DNA from: Patescibacteria group bacterium
GTDB taxonomy: Bacteria; Patescibacteriota; Patescibacteriia; GWA2-46-9
DNA length: 64,000 nt
Reading direction: 5' to 3'
Assembly: GCA_041660005.1 (NCBI GenBank)
Contig: JBAZXG010000004.1
Coordinates: 5,720 to 69,719 of the forward strand
Positions 18,935-30,183 of the stretch are shown in pieces (positions within the stretch are counted from its first letter, which is position 1; the number at the start of each line of letters is the position of its first letter). The position numbers and the translations under genes were made by a program. The notes under the pieces were generated by a model. It was not told the origin of the DNA and did no database searches. It saw only the letters and a list, made by a program, of their open reading frames with translations.

Positions 18935-19882
18935 CTAAAACCGAATGGGCTCGGCTTGGCCGCGCATAAAGTTACCCTGGTCTACAATATCAACATTTGG
19001 CACCACCAAAACATCACTGACGCCAACGATGGTGGTGTATAAATTGATAGCAACTTTGCGCTGTTCGCCCGCTTTCAATTGATCAAGCATCAATGCTTCA
19101 GCTGCAACCGCACGATCCCCCTGGAGTAAAACAACAGTAAAACCAGCAGACCAAAACCCGTTGATACTTTCGTTGGTTACCGTAAACATAACTCTACCCG
19201 GCACTCCTGTCCCTGTGCGGTCAGCGCCCTGTCCTGATTCAAAGGAAACATCGCTTACAACAAAATGTGGTTTTAACTGATTTGTCGCTTCAGGATTACG
19301 TAGACGCATCCACTTCGTACCCAAAATAGTTATGGGAGGTGCTGACGCAGGTGAAGGAGCTGCTCCGACAGCAATAGCAAATCGCTCCTCATTGTTCAGT
19401 ACGAGTACTGTCTCTTGCTTACTTTGGTCCTCCGCTTGGAACGTTATCCATGCAACCCAGTTCGGATTCGAATTAAAAAACTTAACCAGAGCATCATAGC
19501 GCCCATCCTTGCTGCTACCCGGTAAAACAACTGCCGCTGATATGCTGATGGGTTTTGGGGCCATGATGCGGTGCGCATCCGTACTATCAACCCCTTGGGA
19601 AAGCGCCTGCTCAACTTGACGATTTGCAGCGCTTGAAAAAACGTAGAGATTCAAAAGTGAGTAACCGCTAAAAATGAGCAATGCTGCCTCCGCGCCAATC
19701 GTAATAACAATGGCAATAGAACGAATACGTTCTCGATTATTTATCCAAAAAGTAGCCCAGCGAAACCAGGACTCATTAAGTACTGGGTTATCATTGTGCA
19801 CCTCAGCCATATAGCGAACAGTGTACCATAAACGCATGAAAATCCTATCCCTATGAATCAAAAAACCGTTTACCAATGACAC
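18935..19882 (-). CDS. Hypothetical membrane-anchored protein with an extracytoplasmic domain, immediately upstream of rodA/ftsW.
   Basis: One TM helix near the N-terminus (IAIVITIGAEAALLIFSGYSLL); no recognised domain. Confidence 0.45.
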   Translation of the reverse strand: MSLVNGFLIHRDRIFMRLWYTVRYMAEVHNDNPVLNESWFRWATFWINNRERIRSIAIVITIGAEAALLIFSGYSLLNLYVFSSAANRQVEQALSQGVDSTDAHRIMAPKPISISAAVVLPGSSKDGRYDALVKFFNSNPNWVAWITFQAEDQSKQETVLVLNNEERFAIAVGAAPSPASAPPITILGTKWMRLRNPEATNQLKPHFVVSDVSFESGQGADRTGTGVPGRVMFTVTNESINGFWSAGFTVVLLQGDRAVAAEALMLDQLKAGEQRKVAINLYTTIVGVSDVLVVPNVDIVDQGNFMRGQAEPIRF

Positions 19883-19897
19883 ACTTCATGCTACAAT
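19870..19897 (+). promoter_or_regulatory. Sigma70-type promoter for gyrB (TTACCA-16-TACAAT).
   Basis: ttacca at 19870-75, tacaat at 19892-97, gyrB ATG at 19933. Confidence 0.45.
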
Positions 19898-19920
19898 ACC
19901 TACTAATTCACCTTACCTAA

Positions 19921-22874
<2,954 letters not shown>

Positions 22875-23040
22875 ATTCGTATTATAGCAGATGCCATAAA
22901 TTTTTAAGCGTAATCAATTACCACGCCCCTGAAGGGACGGGATATGTAATGGTGATCCCGCTTCGCCGAGTCAAACTCGGCTACGAGGGATATTTTTGTC
23001 TTCTGTATTGTAACCTCGCGCCAAGACGACGAGGTATTGT

Positions 23041-23093
23041 AAACAAAAATAAAAAGGGAAAGGAGCTCCAAGCGGTGCGACGCCTGGAGCTCC
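23041..23093 (-). terminator. Rho-independent terminator of the GC-rich two-gene cassette.
   Basis: 9-bp stem ggagctcca / tggagctcc, followed on the minus strand by uuucccuuuuuauuuuuguuu. Confidence 0.65.
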
Positions 23094-23165
23094 TTGTTAG
23101 CATTAAGGCCGTATCCTCAATGCGGTTAATCATGCGCGAAACGGCGCGCAGGCGAAACGACGCGG

Positions 23166-23495
23166 TCAATACTGTTCCGTCAACTCCACTACCCCGTCCC
23201 TCTGGACGTTGAGGTGGCGTCCGGCCTGAATCCGGGCGGCAGCGTACCCAAGTTGGGTAGGCCCTCCGTTGACGACGACCATGTCATCGATCGTCGGGGG
23301 TATGAAATCGAGGCACGCACCGTCCTCACGGACGAAAACGCGGTCGTCGACCTGGTCGTCGGTCGGCCCGTCCTCTCCTTCGCAGACGAGCGCAATGACC
23401 TCAACGTACTCAACCCCTTGCAATGCGAGATACGCCAGCGTATCTCGCACGATGCCCTCGAAAGACCGAGGGCTGAAAGGAATAAAAACTTTCAT
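23166..23495 (-). CDS. Small protein with a P-II/GlnB-like (CutA/DUF190-like) pattern. GC-rich cassette gene 2.
   Basis: MKVFIPFSPRSFEGIVRDTLAYLALQGVEYVEVIAL resembles the GlnB-superfamily N-terminal beta-alpha-beta pattern. ATG at 23495 is preceded by AAGGAG. GC-rich. Confidence 0.4.
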   Translation of the reverse strand: MKVFIPFSPRSFEGIVRDTLAYLALQGVEYVEVIALVCEGEDGPTDDQVDDRVFVREDGACLDFIPPTIDDMVVVNGGPTQLGYAAARIQAGRHLNVQRDGVVELTEQY

Positions 23496-23506
23496 TCGAC
23501 TTCTCC

Positions 23507-23899
23507 TTAGTAGCCACACTCGCAGCTACTGTCACTCGCGTAGGGTTGGCCACACCCAACGCACGTCTCCCAGTGCCATTCCCCCTTATCTTCCTCGTGG
23601 TAGCACTTGGCTTCGTAACCGCCATGTGCCGCCACCATGTGGCGGATCTCCTGTGGTTCGCCACCATCACAGGAAATGGTCACCCGTACCTTGGTTCCGT
23701 TTTCGGAACCCACAGAGCGCAGGGTGGCGTTCACCTCCTGCTTGCTCGAGCAAGGGGTCGTGTACACGGTCCCGTTGGGCCGTGTTTCAGTCACCATGTA
23801 GGTGACCGCCGACCCTACCGGTATTTCTACTGGCGAGTCGATCACCTGCCACCTCGGAACCCACACCGCAGGGGTTCCGCATTTCTTACAAGCTTCCAT
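23507..23899 (-). CDS. Small Cys-rich protein (9 Cys, including an N-terminal CxxC and a C-terminal CxC), probably metal-binding. GC-rich cassette gene 1.
   Basis: MEACKKCGTPAVW...CVGCGQPYASDSSCECGY. ATG at 23899 is preceded by GGAGGAGAGAGAG. The track ORF extends upstream with no support. Confidence 0.45.
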   Translation of the reverse strand: MEACKKCGTPAVWVPRWQVIDSPVEIPVGSAVTYMVTETRPNGTVYTTPCSSKQEVNATLRSVGSENGTKVRVTISCDGGEPQEIRHMVAAHGGYEAKCYHEEDKGEWHWETCVGCGQPYASDSSCECGY

Positions 23900-24223
23900 C
23901 TCTCTCTCCTCGCCGCCGTAGAACCTAGCGGCTTTTGTTTGTAGCGCAACGACCGTAGCCACCGCGCGATGTTGGTGTTTATACCCAACGGCATGAGCCC
24001 GTCGGTCTCTAACTTCCTTGTCTCTCTTCCTTTTGAGATAGAGGGACGAACTTAATTTGAAATATTTTTCAAAGCAAATTCGTCCCGCCGTCACTTTTTT
24101 TAAAGAACCAGGTATAATGACACGTTTGAAGCTTTTTGTCAATAGTTTTTGAGAGAATGTACTAGCACCTTATTTTTGGCTCTTGCCAAAACTGAAACAC
24201 TTTGGTAAGGTATTTCTGTAAAT

Positions 24224-24248
24224 CCCCCGTCTCGGGGGCTTTTAAAAT
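24224..24248 (+). terminator. Terminator/attenuator-like hairpin with a T-tract immediately upstream of secE.
   Basis: CCCCCG-tct-CGGGGG then cttttaaaat, about 10 nt before the secE ATG. Confidence 0.35.
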
Positions 24249-24256
24249 CCGCAAAT

Positions 24257-24451
24257 ATGACCCTCGCCGACAACCCAATCATCAACTACTTCAAAACCTC
24301 CTACCAGGAACTCACCAAAGTAACCTGGCCAACACGGAAAGAAGCTACCAAGCACTCGCTTCTGGTCATTGCGATCAGTCTTGCGGTAGCGGCCTTCTTT
24401 GGCATTGTTGACTTTCTGTTGTCACGGGGTCTTGAATTGTTACTGCGCTAA
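24257..24451 (+). CDS. secE: Preprotein translocase subunit SecE.
   Basis: 64 aa. KVTWPTRKEATKHSLLVIAISLAVAAFFGIVD is the SecE TM signature; secE-nusG synteny. Confidence 0.85.
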   Translation: MTLADNPIINYFKTSYQELTKVTWPTRKEATKHSLLVIAISLAVAAFFGIVDFLLSRGLELLLR

Positions 24452-24453
24452 CT

Positions 24454-24999
24454 ATGCCAAAGCAAATCGCCGACCAGGGACGCAGATGGTACGTTCTGCA
24501 CACCTACTCGGGCTATGAAGAAAACGTCGAGCGTAACCTTCGCCAGCGCATTGAAACCCTCGGCATGGAAGACAAAATTTTTAATGTACTTATCCCGACC
24601 GAAAGAAAGATAAAAATCAGAAACGGCCGACGACGCGTCGTGACAGAAAAAATTTTCCCTGGGTACGTCATGATTGAAATGTTTGTTACCGATGACTCCT
24701 GGTATGTTGTTCGCAACACGCCCAACGTTACCGGCTTCATCGGCACCGGCACAACACCTACTGCTCTCTCTGACGAAGAAGTGAAGCAAATTCAGAAACG
24801 CATGGGTATTGAAGAACCAAAATACACCATTGATGTTACGCCAGACTCACCGGTTAAAATTGTCGACGGGCCGTTCAAAGACTTCGAGGGCAAAGTCGCT
24901 AGTGTCGACGATGTCCGCGGAAAGGTGAAGGTGCTCGTTTCTATGTTTGGCAGAGAAACACCCGTCGAACTCGACTTCTTGCAAATTCAAAAAACTTAA
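24454..24999 (+). CDS. nusG: Transcription termination/antitermination factor NusG.
   Basis: [17 protein letters not shown] domain and a C-terminal KOW ([15 protein letters not shown]). Confidence 0.9.
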   Translation: MPKQIADQGRRWYVLHTYSGYEENVERNLRQRIETLGMEDKIFNVLIPTERKIKIRNGRRRVVTEKIFPGYVMIEMFVTDDSWYVVRNTPNVTGFIGTGTTPTALSDEEVKQIQKRMGIEEPKYTIDVTPDSPVKIVDGPFKDFEGKVASVDDVRGKVKVLVSMFGRETPVELDFLQIQKT

Positions 25000-25016
25000 C
25001 TGCAACATTAAATTCT

Positions 25017-25439
25017 ATGGCAAAGAAAGTAAAAGCAATTATTAAGCTTCAGATTCCAGCGGGCAAAGCAACCCCGGCGCAGCCGGTTGGTCCGGCACTT
25101 GGTCAGCACGGTCTCAACATTCAAGATTTTTGTTCCAAGTTTAACGCAGCAACAAGAGATCGTGGTGACGAAATTACGCCAGTAGAAATTACGGCCTTTG
25201 AAGACCGTACCTATACTTTCATCTTGAAAACTCCGCCAGCCGCCGAGCTTATCAAAAAAGCCGCCGGTATTGCCAAGGGTTCTGGTAAGCCGCTCCAGGA
25301 AAAAGTTGGCAAAATTTCTCGTGCTCAGGTTAAAGAAATTGCAGAGCGAAAAATGCCGGACTTGAACGCCAACGATATTGAAGCGGCCATGCGCATCATC
25401 GAAGGTACGGCAAAAAACATGGGTGTAACGGTTGAATAA
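25017..25439 (+). CDS. rplK: 50S ribosomal protein L11.
   Basis: [35 protein letters not shown]. Confidence 0.95.
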   Translation: MAKKVKAIIKLQIPAGKATPAQPVGPALGQHGLNIQDFCSKFNAATRDRGDEITPVEITAFEDRTYTFILKTPPAAELIKKAAGIAKGSGKPLQEKVGKISRAQVKEIAERKMPDLNANDIEAAMRIIEGTAKNMGVTVE

Positions 25440-25505
25440 CTTTTCTTTTGTTTATTCGGGTGGGACCTTGTTTAAACAGGGGCTCGTACCACTTAATGAA
25501 ACACT

Positions 25506-26189
25506 ATGCCAAAACAAGGCAAACGACATGCGGCCAACACGGCCAAAGTAGAAAAACGGCTTTACACGCCGACAGAAGCTATTGCTCTATTGAAAGAGCT
25601 CAGGCACGCAAAATTCTCTGAATCAGTTGAGCTTCATCTGCGGCTCGGCATTGACCCTAAACAGGGCGAACAGCAAGTCCGCGGAACGCTGACGCTCCCC
25701 CACGGCACCGGCAAGACAAAGAAAGTCGCCGTATTTGCTGAGGGTGAAGCCGAAATGGAGGCAAAAAAAGCTGGCGCTGACATTGTTGGCGGCAAAGAAC
25801 TTATTGATAAAATTCGTACCTCGGGAAAGTGTGAGTTCGATGTTGCGGTTGCGACCCCGGACATGATGGTGAACCTCGCCGGTATTGCAAAAATTCTTGG
25901 ACCCCGCGGTCTCATGCCGTCACCAAAAAACGAAACCGTAACAAAAAATGTGGCAAAAGCTGTAGCGGAACTTAGGAAAGGAAAAATTACTTTCAAAAAT
26001 GACGACACTTCTAATTTGCACCAAGCAATTGGAAAAATAGACCAGCCAGCAAACGAAATACTGGAAAACTTACAGACCTTGCTCGATGCTGTTCGTCGCG
26101 CAAAACCAGCTTCTTCAAAAGGTGTCTACATCAAAGGAGCAACACTGACGACTACCATGGGACCTGGTCTGCAGCTCTCGCTGAGCTAA
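25506..26189 (+). CDS. rplA: 50S ribosomal protein L1.
   Basis: 227 aa; L1 pattern (DPKQGEQQVRGTLTLPHGTGK). Confidence 0.9.
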   Translation: MPKQGKRHAANTAKVEKRLYTPTEAIALLKELRHAKFSESVELHLRLGIDPKQGEQQVRGTLTLPHGTGKTKKVAVFAEGEAEMEAKKAGADIVGGKELIDKIRTSGKCEFDVAVATPDMMVNLAGIAKILGPRGLMPSPKNETVTKNVAKAVAELRKGKITFKNDDTSNLHQAIGKIDQPANEILENLQTLLDAVRRAKPASSKGVYIKGATLTTTMGPGLQLSLS

Positions 26190-26223
26190 TACCCGGCGAC
26201 CCCAAACACTCAAAGAGTCAACT

Positions 26224-26251
26224 TTGTCTCGCTCCGGCTATTTGCTACAAT
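26224..26251 (+). promoter_or_regulatory. Sigma70-type promoter (TTGTCT-16-TACAAT) giving a leaderless transcript of the nucleotide-metabolism operon.
   Basis: tacaat at 26246-51 lies 8 nt before the ATG at 26260. Confidence 0.45.
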
Positions 26252-26259
26252 AGCATCCT

Positions 26260-26853
26260 ATGGCGAGCAAAAAACTGCAAAAAAAAGTTATCGGCCTAAC
26301 TGGCCCCAAAGGGAGCGGTAAAGGCACCGTGGCCCGCTATTTTGCGCAGCACTACGGTGCGAGCACTATTAGTGGCTCAGATCTTCTGAATGAAATGTTG
26401 GCTGTTGTTGGCATAGAACGTACGCGAGTAAACCAAATAAACCTCGTACAAGCCCTTCGTAAAACATTTGGTTCTGACGTGCTCGGGCGAGCCGCACAAG
26501 CAGCGCTTCGTCGGCTGCCTCCTAACAAACAGCGGCTTGTTGTCATCGACAATATTCGACCACGCGAAGATTGGGATCCGTGGCGCAGCAAAACTAACAC
26601 CGTACTCATTGCCATCACGGCGAAACCTAAAATACGGTTCGAACGCTTACGAAAACGCGGAAAAACTAAAGAGGAAAAAACACTAACCTATGCCCGTTTC
26701 CTTAACGAAGAAGCCCTGCCGACAGAAACAAAAACTATTCAAAAGACAAGTCGGCTAGCAAACTTCACTATTGATGCAAATGGTTCGCGAAAAAACGTCT
26801 ACCAGCAGATTGATCGCATTGCTGCAAAACTCAAACTAAAAAGAACTCAATAA
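26260..26853 (+). CDS. P-loop nucleoside/nucleotide kinase. dephospho-CoA-kinase-like Walker A; possibly a dNMP kinase.
   Basis: GLTGPKGSGKGT Walker A. First gene of the kinase-dcd-thyX-tmk operon. Confidence 0.5.
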   Translation: MASKKLQKKVIGLTGPKGSGKGTVARYFAQHYGASTISGSDLLNEMLAVVGIERTRVNQINLVQALRKTFGSDVLGRAAQAALRRLPPNKQRLVVIDNIRPREDWDPWRSKTNTVLIAITAKPKIRFERLRKRGKTKEEKTLTYARFLNEEALPTETKTIQKTSRLANFTIDANGSRKNVYQQIDRIAAKLKLKRTQ

Positions 26854-26855
26854 CC

Positions 26856-27959
26856 ATGGCTCTCCCCTATCAACGCATTAAAGCACTCGCTCGCGACGGA
26901 GCAATTTTGAGCTCAGCCGAGAGCATTAATGAGCAGCAGTTTCAACCTGCATCGCTCGACTGCACGCTCGGGGAAAAGGTGTATCGCATCTCATCCGGCT
27001 TTCTTCCCAAAGAAAATGAAACTGTTGCTGAACTCCTAAAAGAGCGCACGCTCTATGACTTTGCGCTGAAACCCGGAACGATCCTTGAGACGAATACCCC
27101 CTACATCATTCCTTTGCAAGAGTCGCTGGCTCTACCGGAAGCACTGACTGCCATTGCCAGCCCCAAAAGCTCAATTGGTCGGGTGGACGTCTTTGTTCGC
27201 GTCATTAGCGACAACAACCCGCAGTACGATTCTGTGCCAGCGGGTTACCATGGGCCACTTTACCTTGAAATTATTCCACTGACCTTTGCTATTCGCGTCT
27301 CTCCGGGTCTCGCTATGACGCAACTGCGTTTTCGAGATAATAACGAACATTTTCCAACCACAACTGAAATGCGGGCAATCCATAAAGAGCAATCGTTAAT
27401 TTTGAGCGAAAACGGAGAGCCATTACCCGCTGACGGCCTCCGGCTGAGAGACAATGTCCTATCTTTTACGGTTGACCTCACTGGTTCAGAAATTGTCGGC
27501 TACCGTGCAAAGCATTATGTAAACAAACTGCTCGATCTCACTAAAATCAATGAACACGAGACCGAGCTCTTTTGGCATCAGATTGATCGACAACCGGACG
27601 GCGAACTTATTCTAGAACCAAACTCCTTTTACATTATCGCCACAAAAGAACGAGTACGTGTTCCGGCAAACATGGCAGCAGAAATTATGCCCTACGACCC
27701 TTCAACAGGAGAGCTGCGCTCCCACTACGCCGGCTTTTTCGACCCGGGTTTTGGCTGTGGCAGTGACGGAACCATGCATGGGAACATTGTGGTACTCGAA
27801 GTTCGAGCGCACAGCGCCCCCTTCCGGCTGACAGACGGTCAAGTAATCTGTAAGATGATGTTTGAGCACCTTACCGAACTGCCAGAAAAAACCTACGGAT
27901 CTCTTATCGGTTCCACCTACACCGATACAAAAATTCGCTTGAGTAAATACTTTGTCTAA
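26856..27959 (+). CDS. dcd: dCTP deaminase family protein, long (about 360 aa) two-domain form.
   Basis: QPASLDCTLG matches the dCTP-deaminase/dUTPase-fold motif (QPASVDLRLG). 367 aa fits the long 2'-deoxycytidine-5'-triphosphate-deaminase family. Confidence 0.6.
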   Translation: MALPYQRIKALARDGAILSSAESINEQQFQPASLDCTLGEKVYRISSGFLPKENETVAELLKERTLYDFALKPGTILETNTPYIIPLQESLALPEALTAIASPKSSIGRVDVFVRVISDNNPQYDSVPAGYHGPLYLEIIPLTFAIRVSPGLAMTQLRFRDNNEHFPTTTEMRAIHKEQSLILSENGEPLPADGLRLRDNVLSFTVDLTGSEIVGYRAKHYVNKLLDLTKINEHETELFWHQIDRQPDGELILEPNSFYIIATKERVRVPANMAAEIMPYDPSTGELRSHYAGFFDPGFGCGSDGTMHGNIVVLEVRAHSAPFRLTDGQVICKMMFEHLTELPEKTYGSLIGSTYTDTKIRLSKYFV

Positions 27960-27960
27960 T

Positions 27961-29490
27961 ATGGAAAGCCAAGCCAAACGAGATGTGTTTGCCATTACCG
28001 GCCTGACGCCAGAAGTTCTGGCGGTCGCGATGGCAAAGTATAGCCGGTCAAAAAATTCGATCCGCGATACAATCGACGAGCTAACCGAGGAAAAGTCTGC
28101 GCAATTTCACGAAAAATGGGTGCTGGGGTATGGCGACGCTTCAGTGGCAGACATGGCAATTATTGCCATTGCTTGCGAAAACGTCTCTATTATTGCCTCA
28201 AAAGCCATAGAGGACACGCGCCTCGCCTCGTTTCAGGAAAAATCAACCCGCTACGTTGACTTTGATTCCTCGAAATATCATCGCCCCAAAGCGGCCATGA
28301 TGCGCCATGCTGAACTTTACGAAAAAACCGTAAATCATCTTTTTACCATGTATAACACGCTACTTGAAAAGATGATTCCCTATCTTCGCAAACGCATCCC
28401 TCGGCCAGCGGACACAACTGACAAACTCTACGAAGCAAAGCTGAAAGCCCGCTCACTCGATGCCGTGCGCTACCTCTTGCCAGTTGCCACGCTTACAAAC
28501 TTCGGGATGATTATGAGCGCTCGCTCGCTCCGTCATTTGATTTCAAAACTCAAGGGAAACGCTTACGAAGAAGTGCGCGAACTAGCCGAAGAGATTCAAG
28601 CAGCGGCACTAGAGCCAGCGTATAACCCACAAATAAAAAAACTACAGGAACCACTTGAGGCCCTGAAGAGTATGGGCACTGTTACCGCAAACATAGCTGA
28701 ACAAATTACCAGCATCGCTTCACTGCAAGTCAAGGGTGCGCCAACACTCATTAAACATACAGAAGCTTCACAGTACCATGCTGAGACACAAGTATATCTG
28801 AACAGCATCGCTACTGAACTGCTTGGTAGTGCTGCAATTGAAGACGCACCGCGAGTTGACTATCTTGAAGAACATTCTTACGAAGACGAACTTATCACGA
28901 CACTCGTTTACAGTGCCTGCAGCTATCCGTACCGTCAAATTCTTGCTCGTGTACAACCACTTACCCAAGAAAAAAAGCAGGAAATTTTAGACGCTCTCGC
29001 TAAACTACGCGGAACTTTTGACTACCCACGAAGGGAGTACGAAATTGGTGGGCAGTTCGTATTTGATATACTCATGGACTACGGCGCATTTCGTGACCTG
29101 CAACGACACCGCATCTGTACACAAATAAACCAGCCCCTAACAACGCAGCATGGCTATGAAGTTCCGTTTGAATTTCGCGATGCCGGTTTGGAACACGAAT
29201 TTACTGCCGCCATTGACGAAGCCCTCAAAGTTCACGCCATGATTTCTAAAAATATTGGCACTGAAGCAGACTATCTTATTCCTCTGGCTTGCAAGAAAAG
29301 AACATTATTCAAAATGAACTTGCGAGAACTTCACCACATGGTGGAACTGCGCTCAAAGCCGGGTGGGCACATGTCGTACCGAACGGTTGTTGTTGACATG
29401 CTCGACGCCGTACAAAAACGCCATCCGCTACTCGGAAAACACGTACGCGTATCAAAGCTGAACTATGATGAAGACTTCTTCAAACGCTAA
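27961..29490 (+). CDS. thyX: Flavin-dependent thymidylate synthase ThyX, tandem-duplicated (two ThyX domains, about 510 aa).
   Basis: Second domain carries the ThyX signature AFRDLQRHR...; first domain has a degenerate version (TRLASFQEKSTRY). The ATG at 27961 directly abuts the dcd stop; the track start 27952 is also possible. Confidence 0.65.
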   Translation: MESQAKRDVFAITGLTPEVLAVAMAKYSRSKNSIRDTIDELTEEKSAQFHEKWVLGYGDASVADMAIIAIACENVSIIASKAIEDTRLASFQEKSTRYVDFDSSKYHRPKAAMMRHAELYEKTVNHLFTMYNTLLEKMIPYLRKRIPRPADTTDKLYEAKLKARSLDAVRYLLPVATLTNFGMIMSARSLRHLISKLKGNAYEEVRELAEEIQAAALEPAYNPQIKKLQEPLEALKSMGTVTANIAEQITSIASLQVKGAPTLIKHTEASQYHAETQVYLNSIATELLGSAAIEDAPRVDYLEEHSYEDELITTLVYSACSYPYRQILARVQPLTQEKKQEILDALAKLRGTFDYPRREYEIGGQFVFDILMDYGAFRDLQRHRICTQINQPLTTQHGYEVPFEFRDAGLEHEFTAAIDEALKVHAMISKNIGTEADYLIPLACKKRTLFKMNLRELHHMVELRSKPGGHMSYRTVVVDMLDAVQKRHPLLGKHVRVSKLNYDEDFFKR

Positions 29491-30178
29491 GCTACGGAAA
29501 AAAAATAGAGGACGGCTTATCGTCATTGACGGAACAGACGGTACAGGAAAAGCCACGCAAACTGCACTCCTTGTAAAAAAATTGCGCGCACAGGGTCAGC
29601 GCGTCGCTGTCGCAGACTTTCCACGCTACGGTCTGCCTTCCGCCTACTTTGTCGAGCAGTATCTCAACGGCAAGTATGGGTCGTCAAAAGAGATTCACCC
29701 GCAAACCGCTTCTCTTTTTTATGCACTAGATAGGTATGACGCGAAAGAGCGCATGATAAAGCAGTTGAACGAAGGTAACATTGTGGTATCAAATCGTTTT
29801 GTGACTGCCAATATGGGACACCAGGGCGGGAAAATTCAATCTCAGAAAGAACGCAATAAATTTTACGCTTGGCTAGACTGGCTTGAGCATGACCTTCTTG
29901 GCCTTCCCCGACCTGACCTCACTATCATTCTGCACGTCCCCGCAGCAGTGGCACAGCGTCTTATAGACCGCAAGGGACGACGTGACTATATTCGCGGCAA
30001 ACGCGATATTCACGAAGACGACCTCGGGCATCTTAAAGCAGCTGAGCGAACCTACCTCGAGATCGTACGGCGCTTTCCAAAGTTCCTCTTGATTGAATGC
30101 ATGCGCAAGGGCTCAATGTTAACCCCCGAAGAAGTACATGAAAAAATTTGGAGTAACCTCAGAAACGTACTAAGCTAA
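29465..30178 (+). CDS. tmk: Thymidylate kinase.
   Basis: LIVIDGTDGTGKATQ P-loop and DRY-like motif (LDRYDAKE). Overlaps the thyX end. Confidence 0.85.
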   Translation: MMKTSSNAKLRKKNRGRLIVIDGTDGTGKATQTALLVKKLRAQGQRVAVADFPRYGLPSAYFVEQYLNGKYGSSKEIHPQTASLFYALDRYDAKERMIKQLNEGNIVVSNRFVTANMGHQGGKIQSQKERNKFYAWLDWLEHDLLGLPRPDLTIILHVPAAVAQRLIDRKGRRDYIRGKRDIHEDDLGHLKAAERTYLEIVRRFPKFLLIECMRKGSMLTPEEVHEKIWSNLRNVLS

Positions 30179-30183
30179 CCACC

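Noticed and set aside
25440-25505. L1-binding autoregulatory mRNA mimic in the rplK-rplA spacer.
   Set aside because: I could not match it confidently to the 23S L1-stalk mimic consensus by eye. It is left as a note only.
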